Shown here one piece after another: positions 20,665 to 32,213 of a stretch of 64,000 bases of DNA (position 1 is its first letter; each line of letters begins with the position of its first letter). Under the pieces are notes generated by a model. It was given only the letters and a program-made list of their open reading frames with translations. It was not told the origin of the DNA and did not search any database. Location of the stretch: the NCBI GenBank assembly GCA_963758525.1, contig CAVWVQ010000003.1, positions 2,336,001 through 2,400,000 of the forward strand, read 5' to 3'. Made by a program: the position numbers and the translations under genes. Source of the stretch: an uncultured Phycisphaerales bacterium. Its GTDB lineage: Bacteria > Planctomycetota > Phycisphaerae > Tepidisphaerales > Tepidisphaeraceae.

Positions 20665-20985
20665 ATGGCTCTTGAGACAACGCCTTTCACCCTTGAACGC
20701 GCAGCCGCACTGCTCGGCGTGTCAGCAACAGCAGACGAGCAGGAGCTTCGATCGGCTTATCTCAAAAAGGTGCAGGAGCACCCGCCGGATCGTGATCCCG
20801 ATATCTTCGAGCAGATTCGCGACGCCTACGAGCAGATCCGTAACCCGGCCGTCCGCGCCAAGGCCATCCTCGAAGGGCCGAGCCCCTTTGCGCCGCTCGC
20901 TTCGTTGCTGGAGGGGTCGCAGCCGAAACGTGCGTTCGTCGGAAGCCAGCTTTGGATCGAGCTGCTCAAGGAGGGGTCGAAGTGA
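20665..20985 (+). CDS. Small J-domain protein with HPPD variant motif
   Basis: LLGVSATADEQELRSAYLKKVQEHPPDRDPDIFEQIRDAYEQI. Confidence 0.85.
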   Translation: MALETTPFTLERAAALLGVSATADEQELRSAYLKKVQEHPPDRDPDIFEQIRDAYEQIRNPAVRAKAILEGPSPFAPLASLLEGSQPKRAFVGSQLWIELLKEGSK

Positions 20986-21832
20986 GCGTTGACGAAGCGG
21001 CCGCCGAATCGATCGCCAAGGCGATTCCTCCAGAAGCTGGCTCTGCAGCACAGACCTGTGCGCACGATCTCAAGACGCAATTGATGGCGCAGTTTGGGCA
21101 GTGGGTGGACCAGATGCTGGTCGACGAGCCAGCGCCCCGAGGAATCCCCGAGCGGTTTCTCGCCGACGCCGCGGAAACCGAAGCAAGCGCGACGGAGAGC
21201 GGCGCCGCTCAGTCAACCGATTTCTACACGCTGTTTTCAGGATTGACGGCCCTGACCGGAGAGATTCGCCTGCAGGGCGCACCTTCAAGCAACTCTCTGA
21301 GCTGCTTTCGCCGCTCGCGCAAACACCTGCAATGTTGGCGCAGCTCCGCGAAGCGCAGTTGGAATCGGCCGCGTCGCTGCAGGCGTTGCTCGAAGCTCAA
21401 GCAAATGAACCCGAGGAAGAACCGGTTCAGTTCAAGCAGGTGTGCGATGTGATGATCGACCTCTACGATCGCCTGCAACGGGGCGTGCAGACCTGCGATG
21501 AAGGAATTCATTCGCTCGGATCCCGCCGCGAGACCGGTCTGGTCGGGCGACTGCTCCACAACTCGGAGCCGCTCGAGCAGGCAATCCGATCGGTGCAGGG
21601 AATTCGAGAGGCGAATGCGATGACCCTGGCGCGGCTTCAGGCGGCGTTGCAGGAATGGAGCGTTCAGAGAATTGGGACGGTTGGAGAACCATTCGACCCC
21701 GAGCGGATGACCGCCATTGAGGTGCGCGCCGCCGGCGACGCCAAGCCCGGCAGCGTGCTGGTTGTCAATCGCAGCGGATATGCATTGAATGGAGTATTGA
21801 AGTCCACTGCACAGGTGACAGTGAGCAAGTAG
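20982..21832 (+). CDS. GrpE-like nucleotide exchange factor, frameshift near 21278
   Basis: C-terminal GEPFDPERMTAIE..VLVVNRSGY..STAQVTV; GTGA overlap with J gene. Confidence 0.85.
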
Positions 21833-21849
21833 AAACAGGAGATGAGCAG

Positions 21850-23670
21850 ATGGCTGAGGGATCAGAAGTTGTCGTTGGAATCGACTTGGGAACCACCAAC
21901 TCGGAGATTGCGGCATTCGTCGATGGCAAAGCGCAGGTCATCGGCAACGGCCCGCGTTTGATGCTGCCGAGTTGCGTCGGTCTCTCGCCGGCCGGGGAAC
22001 TGTTGATCGGCGACTCGGCGCGCAATCAGATGCTGCTCTATCCTGATCGCACCGTGAAAAGCGTCAAGCGGCTGATGGGCAGCAATCAGTCGGTGACGCT
22101 GGGCGATCGCACCTTCACCCCTTCGGAGATCTCGGCGGTCATCCTGCGCGAACTGGTCCGCTGGGCGGGAATTCGCCTGGGCACGCCTGTCAAGAAGGCC
22201 GTCATCACCGTGCCCGCTTATTTTTCGGACGCGCAGCGCAACGCAACCCGCGAGGCGGGCGAACTGGCGGGGCTTGAAGTCGTCCGCATGATCAACGAGC
22301 CGACCGCCGCGAGCCTCGCGTACGGGCTCGATTCCAGCGGCAGCCGAACCGTCATGATCTACGACCTGGGCGGCGGGACGCTCGATGTCTCCATCGTCCG
22401 CATCGACGGAGAAGTGACCGAAGTCCTCGCCAGCCACGGCAACAATCATCTCGGAGGTGACGACTTCGACCAGAAGCTGGTGGATCACCTGGTCGAGCTG
22501 TTTCGCAAGCAGCACGGCATCGACCTGCGCGACCAAAACCCCGGCGCGTATGCCCGCCTCTGGTGGGCGGCCGAAGCGGCGAAAAAGCAGCTCAGCTTCG
22601 AGCCGTACGCGACGGTGCGCGAGGAGTCTCTTGTCGTCGTCGACGGACGCCCGCTGAGCCTGGAAGCGGAAATTGCGCGCGGGGAATACGAAGCGATGAT
22701 TCGGCCGCTGCTGGAACAGACGATCGATAGCGCGAGCCGGGCGCTGACCGATGCAGGCCTGGTCCCCGGCGCGCTGGACGAAATCCTGCTGGTCGGCGGC
22801 TCAACCCGCACGCCGATGGTCCTGCAATTGCTCGAATCGTTGTGCCACAAAGCGCCCCGGCAGGATCTTCATCCGGACCTTTGCGTCGCCCTGGGCGCCG
22901 GCGTGCTGGCCGGCCGGCTCGCGGGGCATGACATCCAGCGCGTGCTGGTGGACGTGTCCCCATTTTCGTTCGGCCCCAGTTACCTGGGCGAGCGGGATGG
23001 CTTTGGCTATCCGCATTGTTATCAGCCCATCATCAAGCGCAACACCCCGCTGCCCGTCACCCGCACCGACGAATATTGCACCGCCGCCGATTTTCAGACC
23101 GCGGTTGAGCTCGATATCTACCAGGGCGACGATCCCGACGCGCTGCGAAACGTGCACATCGGCCAGTTCCGCATCGAGGGCCTGCAGCCGGTGGACGGCC
23201 CCAACACGGTGCTCTGCCGGATGCGGCTCGACCTGGACGGGATCCTGCACGTCACCGCCATCGAAAAGAAGACGGGATTGAGCAAGCACGTGAAGATCAC
23301 CGGAGCGACGCTCAGGCGCGATGCCGCCGACATCACCCGCAGCAGAGACGAACTCGACCGCCTCTTTGCAACCAGGGCTGATGATCTCTCCGTCGAGGTT
23401 GAAGACGAAGAAAGCGAGGCGGAGATTTCAGAATCCGGCGATGCTCCGGTTGCGGAAGTTTCCGCGCCGCAGAACCAGGGCGCCGACGAAGCGCAACGGC
23501 TGATCGAACGATGCCGCGCCAAGATGCCCTCCATGCACGACGAGGATCGCGAAGAGGCCGTCAATTTCATCGAGGCGATCACCTCCGCCCGGCAAGGCAG
23601 CGACACGGTCGCCCTGGAAGAATCCTGCAAGGCCCTCAGCGAGTTCCTCTTCTTTATTGAGGGAAAATGA
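21850..23670 (+). CDS. Hsp70 family protein (non-housekeeping DnaK paralog)
   Basis: GIDLGTTNS, TVPAYF, INEPTAA, DLGGGTLDVS, LVGGSTR, linker VLVDVSP. Confidence 0.95.
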   Translation: MAEGSEVVVGIDLGTTNSEIAAFVDGKAQVIGNGPRLMLPSCVGLSPAGELLIGDSARNQMLLYPDRTVKSVKRLMGSNQSVTLGDRTFTPSEISAVILRELVRWAGIRLGTPVKKAVITVPAYFSDAQRNATREAGELAGLEVVRMINEPTAASLAYGLDSSGSRTVMIYDLGGGTLDVSIVRIDGEVTEVLASHGNNHLGGDDFDQKLVDHLVELFRKQHGIDLRDQNPGAYARLWWAAEAAKKQLSFEPYATVREESLVVVDGRPLSLEAEIARGEYEAMIRPLLEQTIDSASRALTDAGLVPGALDEILLVGGSTRTPMVLQLLESLCHKAPRQDLHPDLCVALGAGVLAGRLAGHDIQRVLVDVSPFSFGPSYLGERDGFGYPHCYQPIIKRNTPLPVTRTDEYCTAADFQTAVELDIYQGDDPDALRNVHIGQFRIEGLQPVDGPNTVLCRMRLDLDGILHVTAIEKKTGLSKHVKITGATLRRDAADITRSRDELDRLFATRADDLSVEVEDEESEAEISESGDAPVAEVSAPQNQGADEAQRLIERCRAKMPSMHDEDREEAVNFIEAITSARQGSDTVALEESCKALSEFLFFIEGK

Positions 23671-24437
23671 CGGCGCCGGCATCATCCCAGCCCGGTGGGG
23701 TATCGTTGGCACTGAAATGCCCCGTCTGCGCCGCGGGCTTTCGCGGCGTTGAGATTTGTCCGCGCTGCGGGACCAACCTCGAGCCTCTCATGCAAATCGC
23801 CGGCAGCGCCTGGGCATTGCGACAGAGAGCGCGGGCGAAGCTTCGGGCCGGCGACCTCGACGCGGCGCTGCGTTCTTTCGACGTGGGCTGGAAGCTCCAA
23901 CATCAGGGGCAGCCTGTTTCCAGCCTCAGACGCATCGCTGAAAACGAAACCAGGAAGCACGGGCAAGCGGCTCAGGCTGATCGCCGCGACCCAGAAATCG
24001 CTCCATGCATCTCGGCGGGGAGCACGATCAGTTCAAACGGACAATCTGCCGAACCCCGCCAGCGGGAATCGGTGCCAGACCGAACGGGAGAATCAGAATC
24101 GCGCGCCGATTCTGCCGCTGCGCATCCAGCGCATCTCGTCAGCCCCGGCAGTGCCGATGACAGGCGGCCAATCGGGACGCCCTGGCTGTTTGGGATTGCA
24201 CTCGCAGCGCCCGCTCTTTGCCTGATTACGTATTTGCTGATAGCGCGACGAACGCCAGGGGCTCATAATGCAACCGGCGATTGGGCGGCCCTGCTGATGG
24301 TGCTTGCGGTCGGGACAGCCGTCTATTGGAGAGGCAGCGATGGGCGAAGGCCGCCCTCCGCCGCCATAGCCATGTACGTTTTATCGCAGGCGCTGTGGCT
24401 CGCCGTGGTTGGCTTGATGTTCGCAGCGCGGCAATGA
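23667..24437 (+). CDS. Zinc-ribbon + helical-repeat protein with C-terminal TM helices
   Basis: CPVC-x9-CPRC; ATGA overlap with Hsp70; three hydrophobic C-terminal segments. Confidence 0.7.
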   Translation: MTAPASSQPGGVSLALKCPVCAAGFRGVEICPRCGTNLEPLMQIAGSAWALRQRARAKLRAGDLDAALRSFDVGWKLQHQGQPVSSLRRIAENETRKHGQAAQADRRDPEIAPCISAGSTISSNGQSAEPRQRESVPDRTGESESRADSAAAHPAHLVSPGSADDRRPIGTPWLFGIALAAPALCLITYLLIARRTPGAHNATGDWAALLMVLAVGTAVYWRGSDGRRPPSAAIAMYVLSQALWLAVVGLMFAARQ

Positions 24438-24591
24438 GCGCCTTGGGCACCGAGCCGGGGAGGTCGCAAAGGCGAATGAAAACACCGGGGAAGTGGATAT
24501 CCGTAATGCACGCTGTTGGACGCGCTGCGCTACTACCAAACGACAGGTGACCAAGGCGCTCTCGAGTGCATACCCCCCGACTTGGCCTCGG

Positions 24592-26138
24592 CTACGCCTC
24601 GTTCGGCTGATACTCGAACCAATCGAAATGCGCCGCAGTGTCGCTGCGCTCACCGCGAGCCGTCGCGTACATTCCGAGAATCACCCCGACGTAGCCCCCG
24701 GCTACTTCCGTCGAAAGGTATCTGGTTTCGTGCCGTCCCAGATCGAACTTTCGGCCGGATGCGTTGGTCAGTGAAAAAGTGTACCAATCACGATCGATCG
24801 CGATGGAAAGCGTGACAGGCCCGTCGCCGATCGGGTCAGAGACGTTGCTCAGGACGGCCGTGCCGATCCGGCGGCGAACGATCGCGACGCGCTTGCCGCC
24901 ACGCAACGTGATGGCGGCTTCGCTGTGATGCGAATCGCTCTGATAGACGGTGACGCCCGCCTCTTCGGTTTCTGATTGTGGAGCGAAATCGACGAGCGTT
25001 GAAACGGTCGCTACGAAATGCTGCTGCCGCCGGCCGAGAAAGGCAGGGCTTTCCAGGTCATCCAGGGTCGAAGCGGCGCATCGCAGCGTCAGCCAACCGG
25101 GACGCTGCGAGAGCGACCAATTTTCACTCAGCGGATTGCGAAGAAACATCCACTGAAGCCTTGGCCGCGTCGAGGCGAAGTCTTCGCGCACGGATCAACC
25201 GGCCACGGATGCGCGACAGGCAGGTTCTCCACTTCCATTTCCGGCGCCATTCGGTGGCCGCCGTTGACGACGGGCCATCCATCGGCGGTCCAGGTCACCG
25301 GCGCGAGAAATGTCTCACGACCCAGGTTGGACCAAAATCCGCCGGGGAAACGAACTCCCAGAAAAACCGCCCACCAATTTCCGCTGGGGTCTTCCACGAA
25401 ATCAGCATGTCCCGTGGATTGGATCAGCGTCTGCAGGCTGCGATGCGTGAGAATCGGATTGTGCGGGCACGACTCGAACGGGCCGTAAGGGGTGCGCGAA
25501 CGCGCGATCGTCTCCATGTGACCGCGTTCGGTGCCGCCCTCGGCGGCCATGAGATAGTAATAGTCGCCGCGTTTGAACAAATGAGGCGCTTCGACATATG
25601 CGCCGCCGGTTCCGGTCCAGAGAAAAACCGTGTCGTTGAGCTGCTCGCCGGTGCTGATGTCAATTTCACACTGATACAGCCCTCGCGAATGAGCCCACGC
25701 GGTGCCGTTGCTCGTGAAATAGGTTTTGCCGTTCTCGAAATAGAGGGATGGATCGATGCCGCGCTGCTTGACCCAGATCGGCTCCGACCATTCGCCGGCG
25801 GGATCATCCGTGGAGACGTAGAAATTGCCCCCGTCGACGACGCGTCCGTCCACCTGCCGGCCGACGTTCGTCGTGACCATCCAGAACCGGCCGTTGTGGT
25901 AGCGAATCGTCGGAGCGAAAATCCCGCCGGAGCTGGGCGCCCTCTCGAGAAAGAGCTGGCTTTTGCGCGTCAGGCAATGTCCGATCTGACGCCAATTGAC
26001 CAGGTCGCGGCTGTGGTAGATCGGCACGCCGGGGAAATATTCGAAGCTGCTGGTGACGAGGTAGTAGTCCTCCCCGACCCGGCAGATGCTCGGATCGGGA
26101 TTGAAGCCGCGGATAATCGGGTTCTTGAGTTTCATCAT
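24592..26138 (-). CDS. GH43 beta-xylosidase/arabinofuranosidase, frameshift near 25187
   Basis: NPIIRGFNPDPSICRV, SSFEYFPG, IDPS, EAPH, LGRETFL; C-terminal GRRQQH lectin-like domain. Confidence 0.92.
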
Positions 26139-26142
26139 CGCT

Positions 26143-27716
26143 CTATTTTTCAAGAGACCAGTCATCGGTGCGGAATGGCGATGCCGGAAGATCCGCCTTG
26201 TTGAACAGATTCACGTCCGGCATGTTCGCCCATCCGAAGCGGACCGCTGCCGGATTTGGAACCGCATCGCTCGTGACAACGACAGTTTCCCCATCGATCG
26301 CAGCCGTTGCGGGAACGAATTTCCGGTCTTCCCCCGCAATGGTGAAGCCTTTGAGTGCGCCTCCCTTGGCAACGAGTCCTCCGCCCAAATGGGTGAATGA
26401 AAGGATCGCACGGCTTCCCTCGAATTTGACTGACTCGATGAGCGGGCCAGAGTATTCGATCTTTTCCCCATAGGCCAGCACCGCGCCGCCAGCGCGAGTC
26501 GCGCTCCGACCGGCTCCTTCTGCGGCGGGTGAATGTTTTCAGACCCGTGGTCGGTGATGACGACCATCGCGGTTTGGGGCGTCTTCTTCCAGGTCAGGAG
26601 CTGCGCCTCGCGAAGCTGCGGAGACATCGTCGGCTGCGGCGCAATCTGAACGAACAGGAACGGAAAATCCCCTTCGCCCCAGGCCTTGCGCCAGTCGGCG
26701 ATCAGCGCGGGAAAGAGCGTGCGGTACAGCGCCGCCTGTCCATTGTTCGATTCGCCCTGGTACCAGATGACGCCGCGCATCGCGTAAGGTTCCAGCGGCG
26801 CGATCATCGCGTTGTACAGCGTCGTCGGCCCCGCTCCGGTGGGATTTGCCGGCGCGGCCGGAGCGCGCGGCGCTGGCTTGCCTTCCTGCTTCGCCTTCTC
26901 CACGGCCGCCTCATAGTCCTTCATCAGCTCGGCCTTCTGCTGCTTAAATTGCTCGAGCTTCGCGGGATAATCCTTGATCGCCTGCTCGTGTGCCGCCAGA
27001 AGCGCCGCAAGCCGCGGGTCCGCCTCCAAGCCCGCGCGGCTCGTCCAATCCTCGGCGACCGTGCCTCCGACAGAAGTGTGTATCAATCCAATCGGAATAT
27101 TGAGCGCTCGATAGAGATCCCGGCCGAAGAAATACCCAACGGCGGTGAAGTTGGCGACCGTCTCCGGAGAGCAGACCACCCAGTCACCCTTTACTTCCGA
27201 AAGCGGCGACGCCGATCGGCGATGCTCCACGGTGAAGCAGCGAATCTGCGGGTAGTTCGCTTCGGCTACGTGCTTCTCCCAGTCTTCTATCAATGGCTGC
27301 GGCGGGCGCGGTCCCAGTTGCCGCTCCATGTTCGACTGTCCGCTGCAGATCCAAACCTCGCCCACCAGCACGTCGTCGAGCGTAACGGTGTTTTCGCCCT
27401 TGATCGTCATTGTGAACGGCCCGCCCGCCGCGATCGGCTTGAGCCGCACCGTCCACTTTCCCTCTTTCGCTGTCGTCGATGCCGTCTGCCCCGCGAAGTC
27501 CACCTCGATCTGTTCGCCCTCATTCGCCGAACCCCAGACAGGCACCTCCATACCCTGCTGAATGACGGCGTGACTCACGAACAAGCTCCCGGGAACGACC
27601 TTCCCGTGCGCCATCCCTCCAGTCACCAGCAGCAGCAGCGCCAAACTGCGCAGCAGGGTATCCGGTGCAACAATTCGGTTCTCACGCGCTACGGCAGTGC
27701 GATGCCAAGATATCAC
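26143..27716 (-). CDS. Sialate O-acetylesterase family protein, frameshift near 26483 (start uncertain)
   Basis: GEVWICSGQSNM, GVIWYQGESN, IHPPQK, LPASPFRTD. Confidence 0.9.
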
Positions 27717-27853
27717 TGAGATTCCTCCATTAGGATCCGTAGGTTACCATCTTTCTTTTTGCTTTGGTCACTCCGGTCGCCGCCACATGCCAATCACCCG
27801 CGCCCTACCTCTTATCCCAACTATCTGCATAATAGACTACAGGAAGGAACGCC

Positions 27854-28522
27854 ATGGCAAATCTGAACTCGGTTTTGAACGAACGAATCGCTCGACTTTC
27901 CCGCAAGGAAATTAAATCACAGACCGGCCCGGCGCGCCGACTGGTGCTGCAGCATCGCCGGGACATTGCCGTCCTCAAGCGCATCGTCGGAGCCCTGCAG
28001 AAACGTCTCGCCAGCGTCGAGAAGGTCGCGACGAAAGTCGTTGGCAGCGAGCCGGCGCCGCAGTTGCCCGACAAAACCAGGTTCCGCGTTGACGGGTTGA
28101 TTGCCCATCGCAAGCGCCTCGAACTTTCCGCCGAGAACTATGGAAAGCTCGTGGGGGTCACTGGGCTGACTGTTTACGCCTGGGAGTCCAGAAAGTCGCG
28201 CCCGCGCGACGCACAGCTTGCCAAACTGTTCAGCATCCGCGGAATCGGCAAGCGCGAAGCTGAACGGCGCCTGGAGTTGCTGGGCGCCAAGCCCGGCTCC
28301 CGCCGCGCCGGGCGCAGCGCCGCCGGGCAGACCGCCGAGGAGTTCGTTCGCGAGCTGCTCAAGACCAAATCCGCCACCACCAGCAGCCAGATCAACATCG
28401 CCTGGAAATCCAGCGGCCGCCCCGGGAACGCCGACAACACCCTGAGCCTGATGACCCGCGCCGGAAAGCTCCGCCGCGAAAAGCTCAAAGACGGGCGCGG
28501 AAGCAGCTACAGCGTGAAGTGA
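27854..28522 (+). CDS. XRE-like HTH DNA-binding protein with extra C-terminal winged-helix-like region
   Basis: RKRLELSAENYGKLVGVTGLTVYAWESRKSRPR; RBS upstream. Confidence 0.8.
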   Translation: MANLNSVLNERIARLSRKEIKSQTGPARRLVLQHRRDIAVLKRIVGALQKRLASVEKVATKVVGSEPAPQLPDKTRFRVDGLIAHRKRLELSAENYGKLVGVTGLTVYAWESRKSRPRDAQLAKLFSIRGIGKREAERRLELLGAKPGSRRAGRSAAGQTAEEFVRELLKTKSATTSSQINIAWKSSGRPGNADNTLSLMTRAGKLRREKLKDGRGSSYSVK

Positions 28523-28585
28523 GCGACCAATCCCGTGTTATCGGACTATACCCTTATTACTACCCTTATTAGAGGGTATATACCC

Positions 28586-29635
28586 TTATTCGCCGACACG
28601 CTCCCAGCGTGCCCCCGCGCCGTGTCCGAACGACCGTAACTCATTATTAGCCTTCATTTTCCGCAGCAAGGTGCGGATCCAATCGCGACCGACACCGGGA
28701 CACGCTGACTCAAGGTCGGCAACCCGGAAACTGCCCGCCTGTCGCCCGATCGCGTCACGGATCATGGCGGCCTTGGCTCCCATCGGTTCGGCCGTATCCC
28801 CCACCCGCCGCTCGAATTCCACATACGCCTGCTTGAGAATCCACAGCGTATAGTTCACGAACGGCCACGGATTATGCTGGCCCTCATGCCATCCAACGGA
28901 GCTTTGCTGCAACGTCTCATAGTAGCGCTCCTTGTTCTGCTCGATTACACGTTCCAGGCTGATATATCTGCCCACCTCCGCGCCTGAGTGATAGCACAAC
29001 AGGAGCATCAGCAGCCGCGACGTTCGCCCATTCCCGTCTCGAAACGGATGGATGCACAGAAAGTCCAGGACAACTCCTGCCATCAGCACCAGTGGGCTGA
29101 TCCGCCGGTCTTCGACGAGCTCGCGATGCCGGCTCACCAGTTCCGCGATCGCCGCCTCGGTCGCCCCACCTGCTTCCACCGGCATGAAACGCACGCGGTC
29201 CGGCTGGCCCGGCCGCCGTTCGATAATCGGATCGCTACGCTGCTTATATTGGCCTGCATCCCAGATGTCGCCCCGAATCAACCGATGCAACCGGAGTATC
29301 GTTTCCTCATTCATTGCCAGCTGCGCGCACCGAGGAGTGGATCAGATCCAAGGCCAGCCGATATCCGTTCACCTCCTCCTCATCTCGGTCTCTAAATGCG
29401 GGCGCGCCGAACACCAGTGTCCCCAGCCGGCTTGCGTCTACCTCCACCCCCTCGATTCGGTTTGAGGACTGCGCGCTTTCGATCAGCGCGTGTTCGCGCA
29501 GCGCCGCCAGCTTCTGGGGGGACTGCGCGCAAATAACTCCTGCATTCCCACGGCGCGTCCGAGTTCCTCCACCGACCAGGTGGTTCCCACCGGTACAGTC
29601 GCGCCGTCGTTTGACCATTGCCGAAGCGTCATCAT
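28586..29635 (-). CDS. Fic family protein, frameshifts near 29525 and 29322
   Basis: MMTLRQW..GMQELFAR / QSPQKL..IESAQSSNRIEG / HPFRDGNGRTSR Fic motif, C-terminal wHTH. Confidence 0.88.
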
Positions 29636-29713
29636 TCAGAAAGCTTCCTCTCGCCGCTACGAGTATCACAGTGCGATAGTCCCGTACACCCCTGCACGCC
29701 TCCCCGCATGTCC

Positions 29714-31501
29714 TCAGCGCCGCTGGGCGCTGCCTTGGGCGCTCGACAGGTTCCTGGCCGAATTGATCAATCCGATGTGGGAGAAGGCCTGGGGGAAGTT
29801 CCCCATCAGCCGGCCGCTCGTCGGATTGTATTCTTCGGAGAGCAAACCGGCGTCGTTGCGCAAGCCAAGCAGGCGCTCGAAGAGCTGCTCCGCCTCGGCG
29901 GCTCTTCCCGCCAGCATGAGGTTGTCGACGAGCCAGAAAGTGCAGATGAGAAACGCCCCTTCGCCGCCGGGCAAACCATCCACGCCGCTTGCGGTTGGAT
30001 ACCGCGCCACAAAACCTTCCTGCAGCAACTGGCGTTGAATCAAGTCGATGGTGCCGATGATTCTCGGATCGGTCGCGGGCAGAAACCCGACCAGCGGCAG
30101 CATCAGCAGGCTCGCATCGGGATCCTTCGACCCGTAATACTGCACAAACGAATTCAACTCCCGGTCAAAGCCGGATTCGCACACCTGCGCATGAATCGCA
30201 TCCCGAGCCGCCCGCCATTGCTCAACGTTCCCGGTGTGGTTGAAATGCTCGACGGTCTTGACGGCACGATCCATTGCCACCCACGCCATGACTTTCGAGT
30301 GCGTGAACTGCCGGGCCGGCCCGCGGATCTCCCAGATCCCGCGGTCGGGTTCTTGCCAATGCTTCTGGAGGTAATCCACCAGGTTCTGCTCCAGCCGCCA
30401 CATGTCGTCGCTCTCGTGCAGCCCCAGCTTTCGCGATTGAAACATCGCATCCGCCACCTCCCCGTACACATCAATCTGCCGCTGGCGAAACGCCGCATTC
30501 CCCACGCGCACGGGCTGGCTGCCCTCATAGCCCGCCAGCCACGGCAGCGTCAGTTCCTCCAGCCGTCGTTCGCCCGCCAGCCCATACATGATCTGCATGT
30601 CCTCGGGCGTTCCCGCCACCGCGTTCACCAGCCATTGCCGCCAGGCCTTGGCTTCATCGGAATACCCGCCCGCGTCCAATGCCATCAGCGTAAAGGTCGC
30701 GTCCCGCAGCCAGCAAAAACGATAGTCCCAGTTCCGCGGCCCACCGATCTGCTCCGGCAGCGACGTCGTTGCCGCCGCCACGATGCCTCCCGTCGGCGCA
30801 TACGTCAGCGCCTTGAGCGTGATCAGCGATCGCAGCACCGCTTCGGGCCATCGTCCTGCGTACGTGCATTGCGAAGACCAGTCGCGCCACCATCGATCCG
30901 TCTCCTCCATCGCGCTTTCCGCATCACATTCCGCCGGCTCCTCCTCGTGCGTCGGACACCATGCCAGCGTGAACGGCACCCGCTCTCCGGCCGACACGTC
31001 AAACTCCGCGCATGTCGTCATGTCCTTTCCCTGCAGCTCGACGCGCGTCCGGCAATAGACGGTATCCGGCCCCGCCGTCGCGCGGATCCCGCGCCTCTTG
31101 TCCAGTTGCCGCACCCACGGAACCGCCGATCCATAATCAAACCGCAGCACCAGCTCCATCCGCATTCGCACCCGCCCCCGCCTCCCGACAACCGTACGCA
31201 CCAGCGTCGCCGCCGACTTTCGCAACGGCATGAAATCAATCAACGTGACCGCGCCGTCTGCCGTCTCAAACTCCGTCTCAAGAATCAGCGTCCCCTGCCG
31301 ATATTGTCGCCGGATCGACGTCACTGTTCCCTGGGGCGCGATGCTCCATCGCCCGTTGTCCCGCGTCCCCAGCAGCGCCGCAAAGCACGCCCCGGAATCA
31401 AACCGCGGAAAGCAGAGCCAGTCGATCGACCCATCTTTGCCGACCAGCGCTGCTGTCTGGCAATCGCCGATCAATGCGTAGTCTTCGATGCGTGAAGCCA
31501 T
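29714..31501 (-). CDS. GH15 glycoside hydrolase (trehalase/glucoamylase-like)
   Basis: IEDYALIGD, TSLPE..RNWDYRFCWLRDA, GIWE, LLSEE..GNFPQAFSH. Confidence 0.95.
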   Translation of the reverse strand: MASRIEDYALIGDCQTAALVGKDGSIDWLCFPRFDSGACFAALLGTRDNGRWSIAPQGTVTSIRRQYRQGTLILETEFETADGAVTLIDFMPLRKSAATLVRTVVGRRGRVRMRMELVLRFDYGSAVPWVRQLDKRRGIRATAGPDTVYCRTRVELQGKDMTTCAEFDVSAGERVPFTLAWCPTHEEEPAECDAESAMEETDRWWRDWSSQCTYAGRWPEAVLRSLITLKALTYAPTGGIVAAATTSLPEQIGGPRNWDYRFCWLRDATFTLMALDAGGYSDEAKAWRQWLVNAVAGTPEDMQIMYGLAGERRLEELTLPWLAGYEGSQPVRVGNAAFRQRQIDVYGEVADAMFQSRKLGLHESDDMWRLEQNLVDYLQKHWQEPDRGIWEIRGPARQFTHSKVMAWVAMDRAVKTVEHFNHTGNVEQWRAARDAIHAQVCESGFDRELNSFVQYYGSKDPDASLLMLPLVGFLPATDPRIIGTIDLIQRQLLQEGFVARYPTASGVDGLPGGEGAFLICTFWLVDNLMLAGRAAEAEQLFERLLGLRNDAGLLSEEYNPTSGRLMGNFPQAFSHIGLINSARNLSSAQGSAQRR

Positions 31502-31802
31502 GGATCCTTCTCAAGGATAAATATCCCACCGAGCAAGCTCGGCGGGGGTTCGGAGTCACAGGAATCAACTGTCCGTTATCCAATGCATTTCCAGAGGCCT
31601 TCCTCCGGATCGTCTCGAACGATCGATGAATGATGATGATCTTTCGGCCGATGGCCGGCTGCGCCGCAGGCGTCACGTACTCGCCGCTGTCGCTTAAGAT
31701 GTGCCTGATAGTGCGGCTATCACCGACGCAGCGTTCGGGCTCGGATCCCGGTGAAGAACGGATTTGCCAAGGGACCAAGCGGCGCCGAAAAGTTACGCTC
31801 GG

Positions 31803-32213
31803 CTACTCGTCGACCTGCGCCAGTTCAACCTTGGCCTTGCCGACCTGCTCGAGCAGATACTTATATATCTTTTCGCGATCGGCCGCGTTGTCCGCAATGG
31901 AGGAGTCGGCGGCTTGCGATGCGAACAAAAACATTGCCAGCGGGGTGCCATCCTGTTCTTTGAGCGAAATTCCGAACTCCCCCAACATCGCGACCAGGGC
32001 AGTAATCCCTTTGATCTGACACCCCACGGCATCTGCATTGCCAACCGAACGATATACCGTCAGCTTACTGTCAATCCTGTCAGCGTAGAACTCATCGGGG
32101 CGCCAGTGATAATGGATACAATCACCGTACTGGTTGTACGATGGCACCGCAGTGAATTGCAGGTTCTCTCCAGCGGTGACGCGATCGAAGAATTCTACAA
32201 TTGTTTCGGCCAT
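31803..32213 (-). CDS. Hypothetical acidic protein, DUF2283-like candidate antitoxin
   Basis: YNQYGDCIHY..ADRID..LTVY....VGCQI pattern; overlaps upstream gene. Confidence 0.55.
   Translation of the reverse strand: MAETIVEFFDRVTAGENLQFTAVPSYNQYGDCIHYHWRPDEFYADRIDSKLTVYRSVGNADAVGCQIKGITALVAMLGEFGISLKEQDGTPLAMFLFASQAADSSIADNAADREKIYKYLLEQVGKAKVELAQVDE

Noticed and set aside
28549..28590. Three TACCCTTATT repeats as iterons or an operator
   Set aside because: They lie between convergent 3' ends and overlap the fic stop; no rep gene or promoter context
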